In this document: positions 52,401 through 62,080 of the stretch, one piece after another | Numbering within the stretch: position 1 is the stretch's first letter | Layout: each line of letters begins with the position of its first letter | Source: Phoronis australis | Lineage: Eukaryota > Animalia > Phoronida | NCBI GenBank assembly: GCA_002633005.1 | Contig: NMRA01001055.1 | Location: 1-62,584, forward strand | Length of the DNA stretch: 62,584 nucleotides | Direction: 5' to 3' | The notes under the pieces: model-generated | The model's database searches: none | What the model was told of the DNA's origin: nothing | The model's input: the letters and a program-made list of their open reading frames with translations, nothing else | Made by a program: the position numbers and the translations under genes

Positions 52401-54851
52401 AAACTTTTGTAAGCAGGAACATTTACAACGTTCATGTAGCAGAATCTTCATTAACTCAATGGATTTTTTATTTATTTGCCTCAAACTGATTTGAGTTGTG
52501 ATGTGTTTCATCACTTCTAAAACCTATTGGTCCACTTAAACCAAGCGCTACCCTATTAACATACATTTGTACATAAAGACGCTGTAAATAGACCAAGGGA
52601 TTACCGAAATGGTTTTCACCAAACCATGGAAACAAATACTTCTTTTACACTCTCACCAGTCGTGTTCATGAATAGAAATCATTGTTTTCAATGCACGAAT
52701 AGATTGAAAACAGAAGGTATTTATCAGCAAGGAGACATTCGTGTGTTATGGGTCCCACGGGATTTGCCTGAATTCAGACATTTCTACGGTAAAATCTCTT
52801 GCTTCGCTTGCGACACCTCGTGAATCTCAGTTGCTTTGCCTACCTCAACACTTGTCACATTCGATCGAAAACACCATGCAGTTTTACTTAATTACACCTA
52901 AAGTTGCCGATACTATCGTTTCCTAAACAAGCAGGTCAATCATAAACATACTGGAAGTAACAAAACTAAGTTTTAGTTGCATATTTTAATAACTAATGAA
53001 AAGTGCACCTGATTACAAATTTTCGGAAATTTGGCAACTGATGTGACTTTTGGAAAATTAAAGATGTCTTTTATGTCTCATTAATAATTTCCCACTCTAA
53101 TTCTGCCGGGCGTGCATCATAAATGGGTCAATTATCGACCCACCACACAGAGTTGTATTTTCATGTAAGCCAAGTCTCTTCGGGCAATTCTTAACATAAT
53201 ATCAACTTTTTCTAGAACATGATTTTGATTTTATTGCATGCAAATAAAGTTTTTTTTCATAAATTCACAGAAAGCTTGTTTTTGATATTCATCAATTGGA
53301 AACAGGAGTGAATCCAGAATTGGCAAGTTAGGGGATCTTAGGGCACTGTATTAGCCTGGATTTGTTCGCCAAACATTCTCACCCTCGTACTGCCAAATGG
53401 AATCCATTCCCCCCTTCGCCCCTTCTTAAATCTGCCACTGGGAACACTAAATAAAACAATTCCTAATATCGTTTTGGAAACAATTGAATGAGGGTATAGT
53501 ACGTAAACGTTTCGTATAAATCCGCTTAGCTATTTCCTTGCTGTTCTTAAGTTACCTGAAATTGGATACGGTTACATCTCCTTAAACTTCTCAGTAAAGA
53601 GGAACACTATTCCCAGATGGCTTTGTGCTGTGACTCCATTTCATCATTTAACCATGATAGGGTGCAACAGAGTTTTTCTTACTTGTTTGATATAGCCTCA
53701 AGCATTTGGTATTCGAAATGTCCCCGCATTTTATGTTATATATTTTAAAAAATATTCAGAATTAGATATTTATGGCTTCCTAATAAGCTATAAACGTATT
53801 GAAAAATAGCGAGTTGGATCTGCTTTCTGCTTTGTTAGCCTATCACAAGCACCAAAAGCATGAAGGTGTGAAACTTTTTCAACCTGGCTATAATACGTTG
53901 AATACATTTCCAAACAGTTTCTTTGTATGGTGAGACATATTATTTCGTAGAAAGAACATGGACAATAATCAGTGAATGTTTGAGGAATAGCTCCAGCTCG
54001 ATTCAACTTAATATGTCTTTTATTGAGAACTTTTAAGTCGAAAAATATTTTTATTTCTTAATTTTTCATCGACCCCTTATTATGTATCCTGCCGTAGTTA
54101 GGTTTTATGATTGTCCCCAGATTACACCCTACCCGTTTCTCTGGTATTTACTGAGGACATACATGCGTGTACGTGGATAGTATCGTGTTTTGTTCTTTGT
54201 TAGTCATGATAATTTTAGCATTGTCCGTACCACAATGATCAAATATCTGTTCAGTGATGTGGAATAAATAAACCCCGATGAACTGATGTATTTTGTTGTT
54301 ATGTCTATAATCAAACATCAATATATTTTGGCTGCTTGACAAAGAACTAATCGTCCCAAAGCAGTTTCCAGATCCTACCACTACTATATGTAACATATGT
54401 AGAACCAATTATTTCAACTGCTTGGTTTACTAGATACAGTGCCTAAGGTTCACTCACAGATTTCTGTCTTAACTGCAATCGTGACAAGGTGGTTCACGTT
54501 TACTCATTTCAGTTTTCTGACCTCAAGCAGTGGGCTCGCCAAAACTTTCCTCCATGGCATGATGCATTCCCAGGAATAGACGACTCACGGCGAATACTTT
54601 ACAGAACCAATTTAGCCATGTGCACCTCCGGAAGTCCAGGTTTTGTACGCAACGACCAAGAAGAGGCATGCGTGGCTGTGATACACACACGTGGATTTCC
54701 GTGTGTTCCGTCAGGTCATCATGTGCCTGCAGAGCAAATCAAGTGTCGTGCTGTTGAGCAAGGTGTTAGAATAGAGGCAGTTTATGATTTCCTATTGTCG
54801 AAACACCCAGCATTATGCCAAGATATTTTTCGTGATGTTAGACCAACTTAG
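10330..54851 (+). CDS. Spliced gene (5' partial): ankyrin-repeat protein fused to a FAM111-like trypsin-fold serine protease. Exons 10330-10419, 28916-29011, 29495-29593, 29760-29858, 30430-30528, 43727-43825, 44428-44526, 46771-46942, 49576-49782, 50989-51311, 54513-54851
   Basis: All 11 exons have AG acceptors and the first 10 have GT donors. Intron phases are 0 x7, 1, 1, 0. The joined length is 1722 nt (573 aa plus stop) with no internal stop. Ankyrin GxTPLHxA motifs are followed by GTGFRV..MTNYHV (His), LDVAVLEL (Asp) and TSGSPG (Ser). Linking exon 10330 to the rest across an 18.5-kb intron is inferred. Confidence 0.85.
12102..12207. repeat. 52-bp tandem duplication, 2 copies
   Basis: catgcg(t/c)aattcgac(g/a)aactaatgctag... 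at 12102 and 12154. Confidence 0.9.
13117..13790. mobile_element. Internally deleted Kolobok-like element: THAP 5' fragment on + (13294-13497) converging on a KolX/P2X7-ballast-like 5' fragment on - (ATG 13697)
   Basis: TTAA|AGGACA left end. + strand: MLRCILPAC..FFRLP..FRKWIAVV..LVCGL (THAP). - strand: YQLEQEYCDEEL...SWHSSG resembles YxFEPEYxxEE...WCxCG. Right end not found. Confidence 0.6.
14062..14308. mobile_element. MITE with CATG(T/C)GCGCACCCAG TIRs and 5-bp TSD (CTGAC/CTGAG)
   Basis: catgtgcgcacccag ... ctgggtgcgcgcatg with near-identical 5-bp flanks. Confidence 0.75.
17330..19084 (+). mobile_element. P-like TIR element with a decayed THAP fragment (~17420-17530)
   Basis: atagaccctattcacgc at 17330-17346 versus gcgtgaatagagtctat at 19068-19084 (1 mismatch). 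A frameshifted HSL-KDV*IRKRWVVAIRR resembles the THAP motif FPKD..RKxWxxAIRR. No TSD is visible. Confidence 0.6.
17658..17936. mobile_element. Second copy of the 4534-4837 family; left tip lost, CTACG on both sides
   Basis: Shared internal blocks (gggggtgaat, gtttacc, ttttagg.tgggcgcgc); ends ctggatccgcccatg|ctacg. Confidence 0.7.
19451..21325. mobile_element. Non-autonomous TIR element copy 1 (spans an N gap), 5-bp TSD TTGTG/TAGTG
   Basis: cataggcggatttagg ... cctagatccgccactg; aligns with 27250-28251. Confidence 0.8.
22676..22826. repeat. Imperfect palindrome with a 22-bp core stem
   Basis: ggattttggagaagtatcgccc (22720-22741) pairs with gggcgatgattctccaaaatcc (22760-22781) with 2 mismatches; outer arms ttattacatg / catgtaataa. 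Confidence 0.85.
25440..25830 (+). mobile_element. Penelope-like retroelement 3' remnant: GIY-YIG endonuclease plus hammerhead-like tail
   Basis: Frameshifted TYVGEIKR...FKEHK...VGEH...GHSV...KVKESI...PILTRD, followed by ccgacaa-stem-gaaacgtc at 25778-25811. Confidence 0.7.
26200..26450 (-). mobile_element. Possible Academ-type transposase remnant
   Basis: The - strand frame VGELATDRDEAGTRMFTH resembles the LxxxHEEADTRxxxH motif; short and decayed. Confidence 0.35.
27250..28251. mobile_element. Non-autonomous TIR element copy 2 (spans an N gap), perfect 5-bp TSD AACTA
   Basis: aacta|cataggcggatttagg ... cctagatccgccactg|aacta. Confidence 0.85.
28916..29011 (+). CDS. Ankyrin repeat exon GTTMLHRAVEAETTEVASFLLSTGANVDARDE
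   Basis: ttctgtag acceptor, gtaata donor, 96 nt, matches ankyrin consensus. Confidence 0.92.
29495..29593 (+). CDS. Ankyrin repeat exon GGWTPLHWAAFCGSKRMVDLLLANKATVDVATK
   Basis: acacag acceptor, gtaatt donor, 99 nt, TPLH motif. Confidence 0.93.
29760..29858 (+). CDS. Ankyrin repeat exon LGETPLCKAAQRGWAPVAESLLQQGANVNVIMK
   Basis: ttccatag acceptor, gtaact donor, 99 nt, ankyrin consensus. Confidence 0.92.
30430..30528 (+). CDS. Ankyrin repeat exon DGWTPLHFAASCRSTEMVRLLLDNKATVDVTTE
   Basis: caacag acceptor, gtaatt donor, 99 nt; clear paralog of 29495-29593. Confidence 0.92.
30667..30778 (+). pseudogene. Ankyrin pseudo-exon, decayed counterpart of exon 29760-29858
   Basis: Reads TKLCNAVESAHKYCK*VVHCLIQHWANVNIHK* then gtaatt. 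It has two stops and no good acceptor. The downstream intron sequence aligns with 29859-29990. Confidence 0.75.
36579..40023 (-). mobile_element. Sola3-like DNA transposon inserted at TTAA
   Basis: ttaa|gagtgactccatataaaaacca ... tggtttttatatggactgcctc|ttaa. GAG/CTC ends with a TTAA TSD are the Sola3 signature. Confidence 0.8.
37990..38905 (-). pseudogene. Transposase C-terminal remnant of the nested element
   Basis: SGNAGCYHS...RYDFSESQNGKDLCDR (DDD-type core), then FPCTQQG, RFSVKVKNFLTNIFDEG and SQIGGFF; disrupted. Confidence 0.75.
43727..43825 (+). CDS. Ankyrin repeat exon TGNTPLHIASSYGRLEVAELLIKNDVDATVLNQ
   Basis: ttgttgtag acceptor, gtaaga donor, 99 nt, TPLH motif. Confidence 0.93.
44428..44526 (+). 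CDS. C-terminal ankyrin cap exon NLQTAIDVIGTECDVYLNYVEPEILQQIRIILE
   Basis: tttgcag acceptor, gtatgt donor, 99 nt; TAxD...IxxxL capping-repeat pattern. Confidence 0.85.
45330..45730 (+). mobile_element. Internally deleted LINE ORF2 remnant (CR1/L2-like)
   Basis: KTKSEILDSHLSSVYTK joined to LKWLNLLERR..LTLLYKTVHNLVAV..YL and YANSVFP; the RT core is missing. Confidence 0.65.
46771..46942 (+). CDS. Linker exon HEDAAADEVENVLLAALNGYLKSKAKAIPDGVLNVVVQVNRKDDGTMELLKVDLNPK
   Basis: atatccag acceptor, G/gtattt donor. It supplies the phase 0-to-1 change needed to join the ankyrin and protease exons. Confidence 0.75.
47133..48412 (+). mobile_element. PIF/Harbinger-like non-autonomous element copy A, TSD CTG
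   Basis: ctg|ggcccggtctccaatctccgtact ... agtacggagatcggagaccgggcc|ctg; subterminal (t)actc/gagt(a) repeats. Confidence 0.88.
49576..49782 (+). CDS. Protease exon 1 (catalytic His, codon 49749-49751)
   Basis: ttttcag acceptor, gtaagt donor; encodes SSVVLL...GTGFRVGSKYVMTNYHV, typical of Trypsin_2-type proteases. Confidence 0.9.
50141..50520. repeat. 190-bp tandem duplication (50141-50330, 50331-50520)
   Basis: Units identical except for about 2 substitutions seen by eye. Confidence 0.95.
50989..51311 (+). CDS. Protease exon 2 (catalytic Asp, codon 51096-51098)
   Basis: ctttgcag acceptor, gtaaag donor; encodes AIFNFD, DEALDVAVLEL and HFCGQPDGGSK (compare the FAM111 IIGHPxGxxK motif). Confidence 0.9.
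51711..51830. repeat. Degenerate 24-bp tandem repeat, 5 units
   Basis: Units start at 51711, 51735, 51759, 51783 and 51807; consensus about TCNAGAAGTCTGTGNCATTCAACT. Confidence 0.75.
53303..53440. mobile_element. Old short CA...TG element, 5-bp TSD GGAAA/GGAAC
   Basis: caggagtgaatccag ... aaatctgccactg. Confidence 0.55.
54513..54851 (+). CDS. Protease exon 3, terminal (catalytic Ser, codon 54627-54629)
   Basis: atttcag acceptor; encodes ILYRTNLAMCTSGSPG...VIHTRGF...VEQGVRIEAV then TAG. Parallels FAM111-type SGSPV...HxxGF...IEFG motifs. Confidence 0.9.
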   Translation, partial: FSDLKQWARQNFPPWHDAFPGIDDSRRILYRTNLAMCTSGSPGFVRNDQEEACVAVIHTRGFPCVPSGHHVPAEQIKCRAVEQGVRIEAVYDFLLSKHPALCQDIFRDVRPT

Positions 54852-55513
54852 TTATGCCAACAGCGTCTGTATGCATGCATGTTCTAAGAGTGTATTTCCT
54901 CGGTGGAAAGTAGTGTGAACCTGATGAGCTTACATTCATTATAAATATTACATTAGTAAATACTAAATAACGTTCCGCTACATTTTTGGGGTAACTCTAA
55001 TATTGGGTGATGCCCAGACGACAAAGCCCAAAGATATTTAATCTTTCCAAGTCAAAATCCCGACACAAAAAACTTGCAAAGTATTATATATGCTGCGTGG
55101 AAAAGTTTTTCACAGTGACAAGGATATGCCCTTGTAGAATGGCCGAGTTATCGTTGAAAGCATCTAATTTAGCAGCCCGTGGGGATTTGGACATATTGCA
55201 GTTGCAGGTTCATAGTTATTTGAGTAGTTTGATATTTGTTGAGAATTAGAATGTGAATTTACGATTTAGTAGTGAACAAATTGTGAACTAATTGGGTGCT
55301 TGCGTGCGTGTGTGTGTGTAGAATGGAGAACGTTTGAAGCATATAAGTATCAATGTATACAGATCGTTAATGAAGACGTAATGTGTCCCATGATGGTGCA
55401 GACAAGTATCGATGTAAACTGTACAAAATGTTATTGATCTAGTAGTTGAATATTACAGCTGTATGTATCCCATGATGAACACTTTGTCTTGATCTTAGTT
55501 AGATTCAGACATG

Positions 55514-57734
55514 GATGGCTCGACGCTATTAAATCGCCAGAACGGATTTTGCGACCTAGCCAAAATCCCAGGTTGCAAATTTCAAAATCCAGGTTGCATT
55601 TTCAAAATCCAGCTTGCATTCATAAATGCCAAGTCGCAAAATTTTCCCGCCATTTTTACGCGCCAAAATTAATTTTAGATAATCGAGAAAATGTTTAGGT
55701 AATAAGAACCTACCTGAAGCGTTAAATACTAACAAGTTTCAAACCGCAAAATTGAATTCATTCATGCAGGTACGGTGTTACTGTTCTTAGCCACCGCCAT
55801 TGAAAGGCTATAGAGCGCAAAGCAAATTGCCGACGTGAAAGTTGAATCAGTGTTCCTTAACTGACACGTGCATTCGAGTAGCTAAGTTTGCCATGTGAAA
55901 AGGGTAAAATGCCCGTTGAAAAAGTATCCGCTATTTTGCTAGGCCTGACCTGCTGCTGGCTGTCAACAAAGTCGTTAAAGATGTAAACTAACTCGGCAAA
56001 TTCCCTCTCCTTTTGATTCGCAGACCAGATTTTGAAACCTAACTCGTCGCTTGAAAAGCATCTGTCGAAAAAACCGTGAAGCGATGCTCTAAACGAATGA
56101 TGTATTTGGATGCGCGGGAACAATTCAGTGCAAACTTCGCAACAAAAACGTGGTACGTATGCTGTTCATGTACTCAACAATTAGTTTTCCATAAAATGAA
56201 TAGTATCGAAATAATTCCCGACTCCGTGCGGGTTGCCATCAGGTAATTCAAGTTTGCTCCTCAATACCTGCCAAGAAAAGTAAAAATAGGTCAGTCACAA
56301 AATGACACGCAAGTCACTAGTTTTAACTTTCTTTCGGAGTTATAAAACAAAGCCGGGATTTGGTTTTACGTATTGAGAAAAGATATTTTTTGAAACTCAA
56401 TTTGTTGTGTAGAATGGGAGTGAGGCACTATTTTGGCTTCGTGTCAATTTTAAACCACGCAAGGTTGTTTGTAGTGCGATATGATGGGCGCTTGCCTGAA
56501 CAGTGGGCACTTAATTGGAAATTCTAAAAAGTTGAGGGGGAACGCTTTGCAGTTTACTGAGTGCTTATGAAGCGCTTCAAAGGTAGGGAGTGGGCTTGTG
56601 CGTGAGCGTAGTCGAGTGTTTGCGATAATAAGACATTAAAAGACTGCAATGGTAAGAAACGTTATAATAATATGATTTTGAGAGGAGGACTCCATCTAGT
56701 AGGGGTGACTTACTGGATATCGTTATCACCTACACTGTACCCTACACTGCCTGCTTCAGGGAACATCGACCTCGGGAAACATCGGAACAGGAAAATTTCA
56801 GTTCTGAGTACTATCAGTCCCTGGGAATGTCGTAAAGCACCTGGTCTTTTATGAGCGCCAGGAATATACGAGTTCATCTTCAAATACACCACTGGCATCC
56901 TGGTGCTTAACAGAGCCAAACCGGTATACCCTTTCATTTAGGCCTGTCACTATTCTTCTTTCATGTGTAGTTTTGAAGTGGTGGGCACGCGTGAGTCACG
57001 GACTTGAATCGCTGGACTAGGCCTATGTTTTACGTTGGCAACAACGAATGAAAGACCTATCAGATTTCGCACACGAAGCCCCAGAAACAAGTAAAGGGGT
57101 TTGAAAATTGCTTAGCAACTAAAAGTCGTCTGGCGATTAATAGTTGTCATTTTCACTTCGGGCGGACTTATGTGATAAAAAACGAGACGTAAATCTCCAA
57201 GTCACCATTTTCTGCCGGGACCGCTGTGACGCTATTAACGGGACCGACCAGTGCCGCAGTGCGATATCATTGATATTGTCGTGGATTTTTGGTATATGTA
57301 ATAAGGACATCTTACGCAAAATATAAAGATATTTGTCCACCACAAATTCTAGTAAGTTGACCGCTTAAGAATTAGTAGAAACACCGCTTTGTGACGTTTT
57401 ATCACGTGCTATGAAGTGGCCCTAAATGTTAGTCAATGAAACGCGTCAAAGACCGATTCTGCATATCCCATGTTCACGCGACCTGTGCTTAAACTCATCT
57501 TGAGGGTTATTCTCTGTGTTCTTTTGAATCTGGCAGCAACCAAAAAACGTATGAATTAACAAGAGTTGCTTTATAGTTGCCCGGTATCTACCGAGAAGTG
57601 TAAAAACTCAGCTCGCATACGTTGGAAATTCCAGCTCGCATTTTGAGACTTGATACGAGTTAACAAAAATCTCAGCCCGCATTTCCAAATTTCAGGTCGC
57701 AAATGCGACCAGCAGCTCGTCATGTCGAGCCCTG
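55514..57734. mobile_element. hAT-like non-autonomous element with CAGGGCTCGAC-type ends
   Basis: gatggctcgac ... gtcgagccctg; subterminal caggttgca / cagctcgca repeats at both ends; TSD unclear. Confidence 0.6.
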
Positions 57735-58116
57735 TATGGGCATACAGTTTACATGTAACTCCAAGAGCGGGAAGGAAATCATTTATACCGGTGTTGTGAC
57801 TTTATTGTTGGTGAACTAAAATTCGTCTAAAGCATCGTATACGCCAAACTATTTTATCTCATCCTGTCTAAAATGTTGCCCATAGCACTTCTGTTCACAT
57901 AATTTAACAAAGCAGTATACAAAAGTAAATAAACCAGTTTCAGTTTTATTAAAATCTCAGCTAAAGCAGGAATGGGAATGTATTCTCAAAATATAAGACG
58001 CATGTACACAATTGTTATGCCTAACAATGTTGACCAGTAGCTACTGCATATCACCTGAAATACATTGATATTAGTGTAAACAAGTAAATCTTGTTGCTTT
58101 TCAAACACAACACCAG

Positions 58117-59500
58117 GTCCCGGTCTCCAATCTCCGTACTCAGACTCATAATCATACTCGAGATTTTATACTCAAAATCGTGCTCACTGGAGTCATACTC
58201 AAAAAAGCGTACCTAATGTCGTATTTCGAGTAGACTCCAAACGTACTCAAATCTGACACTCATACTCGAGTTGCTATGGAACTCTTTATGATGTGAAATG
58301 CAAAATCACGCAAAGCCGCGCTGATTCATCGCTCCCTATTGGAATAGACCACCCCAAGAACTAGGCCTACATTATCGTCTGCTGTCGCTACAACTACAAG
58401 AGTATGTCTATAACGTGGAATTCTGAGTGTTCTGTAACTGTTATTCATTTTTTAGTTTCAATAAATATTCTTATGCCATTTCTTTGATACATTTGGCAAT
58501 TACTAAGCTTTACTTCTTGAGTTCCTCACCCAGTCCCGAAAATGTCTTAAGAAATTTGTAACAGCTTATCACATCACATCTCTGTTGCTAATTTAGTCTT
58601 GACACAAAACCCATTGCTGTGTAGGCCTACGCTGATGTCAAACTTTGATACTGTATCTTTGTATTTTACCGGGATGTATCAAGTGAGTTGACATTTGGCA
58701 CGTGAGTTAAAAAACAATACTTGTGCAGGCATTCAGAGTTCACCAGTGGCAGTGAACAGGACGAGACGTCTACTTAGAAATCGGCAAACAAAATCTGGAA
58801 TTCCATTTGGGGATTGAGGAATTATAGATGAATAAGTTATGATGAGAAATGTACCTGACAGGGAAGCGAACTTTTTTAACTTCCCTCCCCTCCTCATCTT
58901 TTGGAAATCTTACAAAACGTAGGCACACAAACCGAAATAAAGGAAGCACAAACTTCTCACACGACTTTTCTCACAACTGCTTTCGACTTGTTATGACTCG
59001 CCGACAAGGGATTACAATGCGCCTGTTGCCAGGATTTGTAGAGGTAGAATGGCGGCCATAACATACAGTGATACGGCGGGTTAATAAGGTGAAGAATACG
59101 AAGATTTAAGATGAAAACTATTATCTCTGAACTGAAATTGAAGTGCTGAGATACGGTAAGAGAAATTATTTTTTTAAATTTGCTGTGTTTCGTGGTTCTC
59201 TTTCGATATTTTGTTCTCTGGCTCGTATTTATTTTCGATTACGATTTCAAGCACACTGCCATAGCAAACTTGAAATTTGAGCATAGATTTCAAATTTTTA
59301 CTAAAAATCGTATTCGAAATATAGATGAGATACACTTCAGTTCGAGTACAACTTAAAACTGAGTACGTGCTCGAAATTTCGAGTACAGATTTTTCGAGTA
59401 TGACATTGAATACACCAAAGCTGAGTCTGAACTCGAGTTGAGTATGAAGTATGAGTTTGAGCATGATTCGAGTCTGAGTACGGAGATTGGAGACCAGGCC
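58117..59500 (+). mobile_element. PIF/Harbinger-like element copy B, same orientation as and nearly identical to copy A
   Basis: Colinear with 47133-48412; has about 100 bp where copy A shows 6 Ns; flanks are CAG and CTC. Confidence 0.88.
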
Positions 59501-60110
59501 CTCAACTACATGTACCTGTAGACATACACACAGATTGGGCAACCGGGGCAGATGGGATGTCGCGGCGTGGCTTTTCCCTGCCGTGTAAGACATTTTTTTT
59601 GTTTTAGTAGACAAAAATGTAATTCCCACCACCCTGAAAAGTTTGCAGCAGTTAACATACCTAAATGTTCCTTAAGATGATTTAAATCCAGTCTCAATTT
59701 CGTCTCATAAACTCGACTTATAACTTCCGTAAAACCGTACTTTGCACATCTTTATATGAGACACTGTACTACCAACATTTCCCCACTGACTCAAATAAAT
59801 CACTTTTCAGGCCTTCTATCGCTTTTTCCTCTTCTTACACGACTTTGTGTTCCAACTAGCAAGAGCATTACTCAGATCTAGGTCACTCTGGGACATCCTA
59901 AATGTTCGAAATATTGTCTTTTATAGTTTCTCATCTCGTTACAATTATTGTCAAACCATGCGAGTCTACATGTTATATTTACATACCTGTCTCGCTTCAT
60001 GAGCACGGCCATTTCACTTGACTGGAGAAAGTCTAATAAGCTTTTGAAACTATCATTTATATCATCACCTCACAATTTTTTCGGTACTTATCATTTCCCT
60101 TACAAAAATG

Positions 60111-60345
60111 AACTTAAGTTTTCATCGAAAAACTTAAGTTCTGAAAATTTAAGTTTTAAAAACTTAAGTTCGTTCGCAAAACTTGTACCAAAATACTTAA
60201 GTTTCAGAAACTTAAGTTTTTGAACAAGTTTTTAGTAACAAACATAAGTCATCAAAACTTAAGTTTTTGAAAACTAAGTTTTCCGAACATAAGTTTTCAA
60301 GGAACTAACTTTTGAAAACTGAAGTTTTCTAAAAGAAATAAGTTT
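60111..60345. repeat. Array of about 13 palindromic AAACTTAAGTTT-like motifs
   Basis: aacttaagtt and variants recur about every 15-30 bp. Confidence 0.85.
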
Positions 60346-61607
60346 CAATAGGACAGACATTCAAAAATTTCGACTTTCACTAAAGCAAGAGTGGAGCACA
60401 GTAACAAATTTAATGATTCTCAAAAAGATTTAACAAACTAGACTTCATTTCATTAGCAGTGATTAATTGCAGAAAATAAAATGCACTTCCTAAAATACAA
60501 TAGTTCCTTAAAATAACTGAACATAAGTGAAATATCAAAGTCTTAAAAACCAGAAACATTTCAAAAATCAGTTCATCAAGTGTCATGCATACAGTGCAGT
60601 GAAAACTAAATGAGGCTAATTATATATTCATTATTTGCATCGTTCTCAGTCTATGACAATTATGCGATNTAATGACACTAATTTTGTGTCATATTTTATC
60701 TGGTCATTCTTTTACCCACATCGGCGCAAAGCTGTATATTTAGTACACAGCTTTGCGCCAAGTCTAGAAGTAAACTGCATGGAAAGTTTTCAACTTTGTT
60801 TTATTTGTATAAAGGCTCAGTGGTCAAACACGTTACCAGGAAATGCCATATATAAAAAGGCACTGCAGGAAATAAGGGTTGTCCTTGTCACAAAAACGGA
60901 AACGATGTGAGTGAAAAACTGAGGGAAATAAAGTCATACATGATTGAGCCCGCGGAACCGGCGAAGCCATTCAAGTTCAGCCCGCATATATGTATAGTGT
61001 GTAGACAACACTTAGAAATCACGAGCATTGAATGTTTGTTAATTGCACGAGCGACACGTTTCTTTTAATCACTCAGTCGTATTAACACCGGGAGAGTAAG
61101 TGAATTGCGTAGATTTATTGAATTGTGTTTGCGTACGTCTCAGACACGTTTCTTGACGCGTGAGGTAACGAATGGTTACGTCGGCATGCATGTTTATTCC
61201 GTACATATAAGATGGACAAGGACTGAGGTAAACAGTTTTTCGTTCACGGACTAATAGCAACAAAGCAATTTTTCACGGAATTAAGGAGAGAATTTGTTTA
61301 TGATGCTCATAGGTCTTCAGCAAATAGTCAAAGAAAACCCGATAAAGCATTCTATGGTAAGCTTATATATTCGAATATTCACGGTCTATTATAGGAACCT
61401 AATTAGTTGTGCAGACACAAAACGCATTGTTGCAAGAGATTTTGAGGTTAGTAGATTTGACAGGAGTTTTAATACAAAACATGCTGCGTTTTTTTGTATT
61501 TCTTTACTTAATAACAATTCTAGTCGTTGTTTGTCACACGCACGCTGAAATCAATTCCGACTTCTACACGATATAAATACGTTTAATATATTCGGCTATT
61601 TAACCTG

Positions 61608-61730
61608 TGGGATTTGGCTCATAGGCAGAGCCTGCTACTGCAAATCTCGTGAGTTCGATTCCATGCTATTGACAGTTTCTGTAAAATTGTCTTTCACGTC
61701 GAGAACGTCCCTTTAAAAATGTGAGCGACC
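61608..61730 (+). mobile_element. Decayed tRNA-derived SINE head
   Basis: A-box-like tggctcatagg at 61615-61625 and B-box-like gttcgattcc at 61653-61662; no intact cloverleaf. Confidence 0.5.
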
Positions 61731-62080
61731 CTGAACTTCATGGTCATTAACTTCGTCNACGTAACAGGTAACTAAAAGTTTATCGACAATGGCCACAGGT
61801 CTGATTTTGGGAAGTACAATCCTTATGCTAGAAACTGTGCCTAGAAATGGCTAGAATCACCTATAATTGTTTGCAACCTTAAAAATATCATTTTAAAGTC
61901 AAAGTTTCGTTTTGTTGACAATCATAATAACAGTAAATCCAATACACTCCATGGTGCAAACAAGTTTCACTCCCTAAGTACAACCTGGTTATAGGAGATG
62001 GAAATTAGAAAACTTAGACCTTTGACCACAAAAATATTTTTTGTTTTAATTTAAAGCTACTGAACTTCATACACATACAG

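Noticed and set aside
52100-52435. 111-aa ORF on the - strand in the protease intron
   Set aside because: No recognisable motif or splice context.
54940-54970. Polyadenylation signal of the gene
   Set aside because: Only non-canonical hexamers (e.g. AGTAAA) in AT-rich sequence; cannot be supported without transcripts.
61608-61680. tRNA gene
   Set aside because: A and B boxes are present but acceptor and anticodon stems cannot be formed; treated as a SINE remnant.
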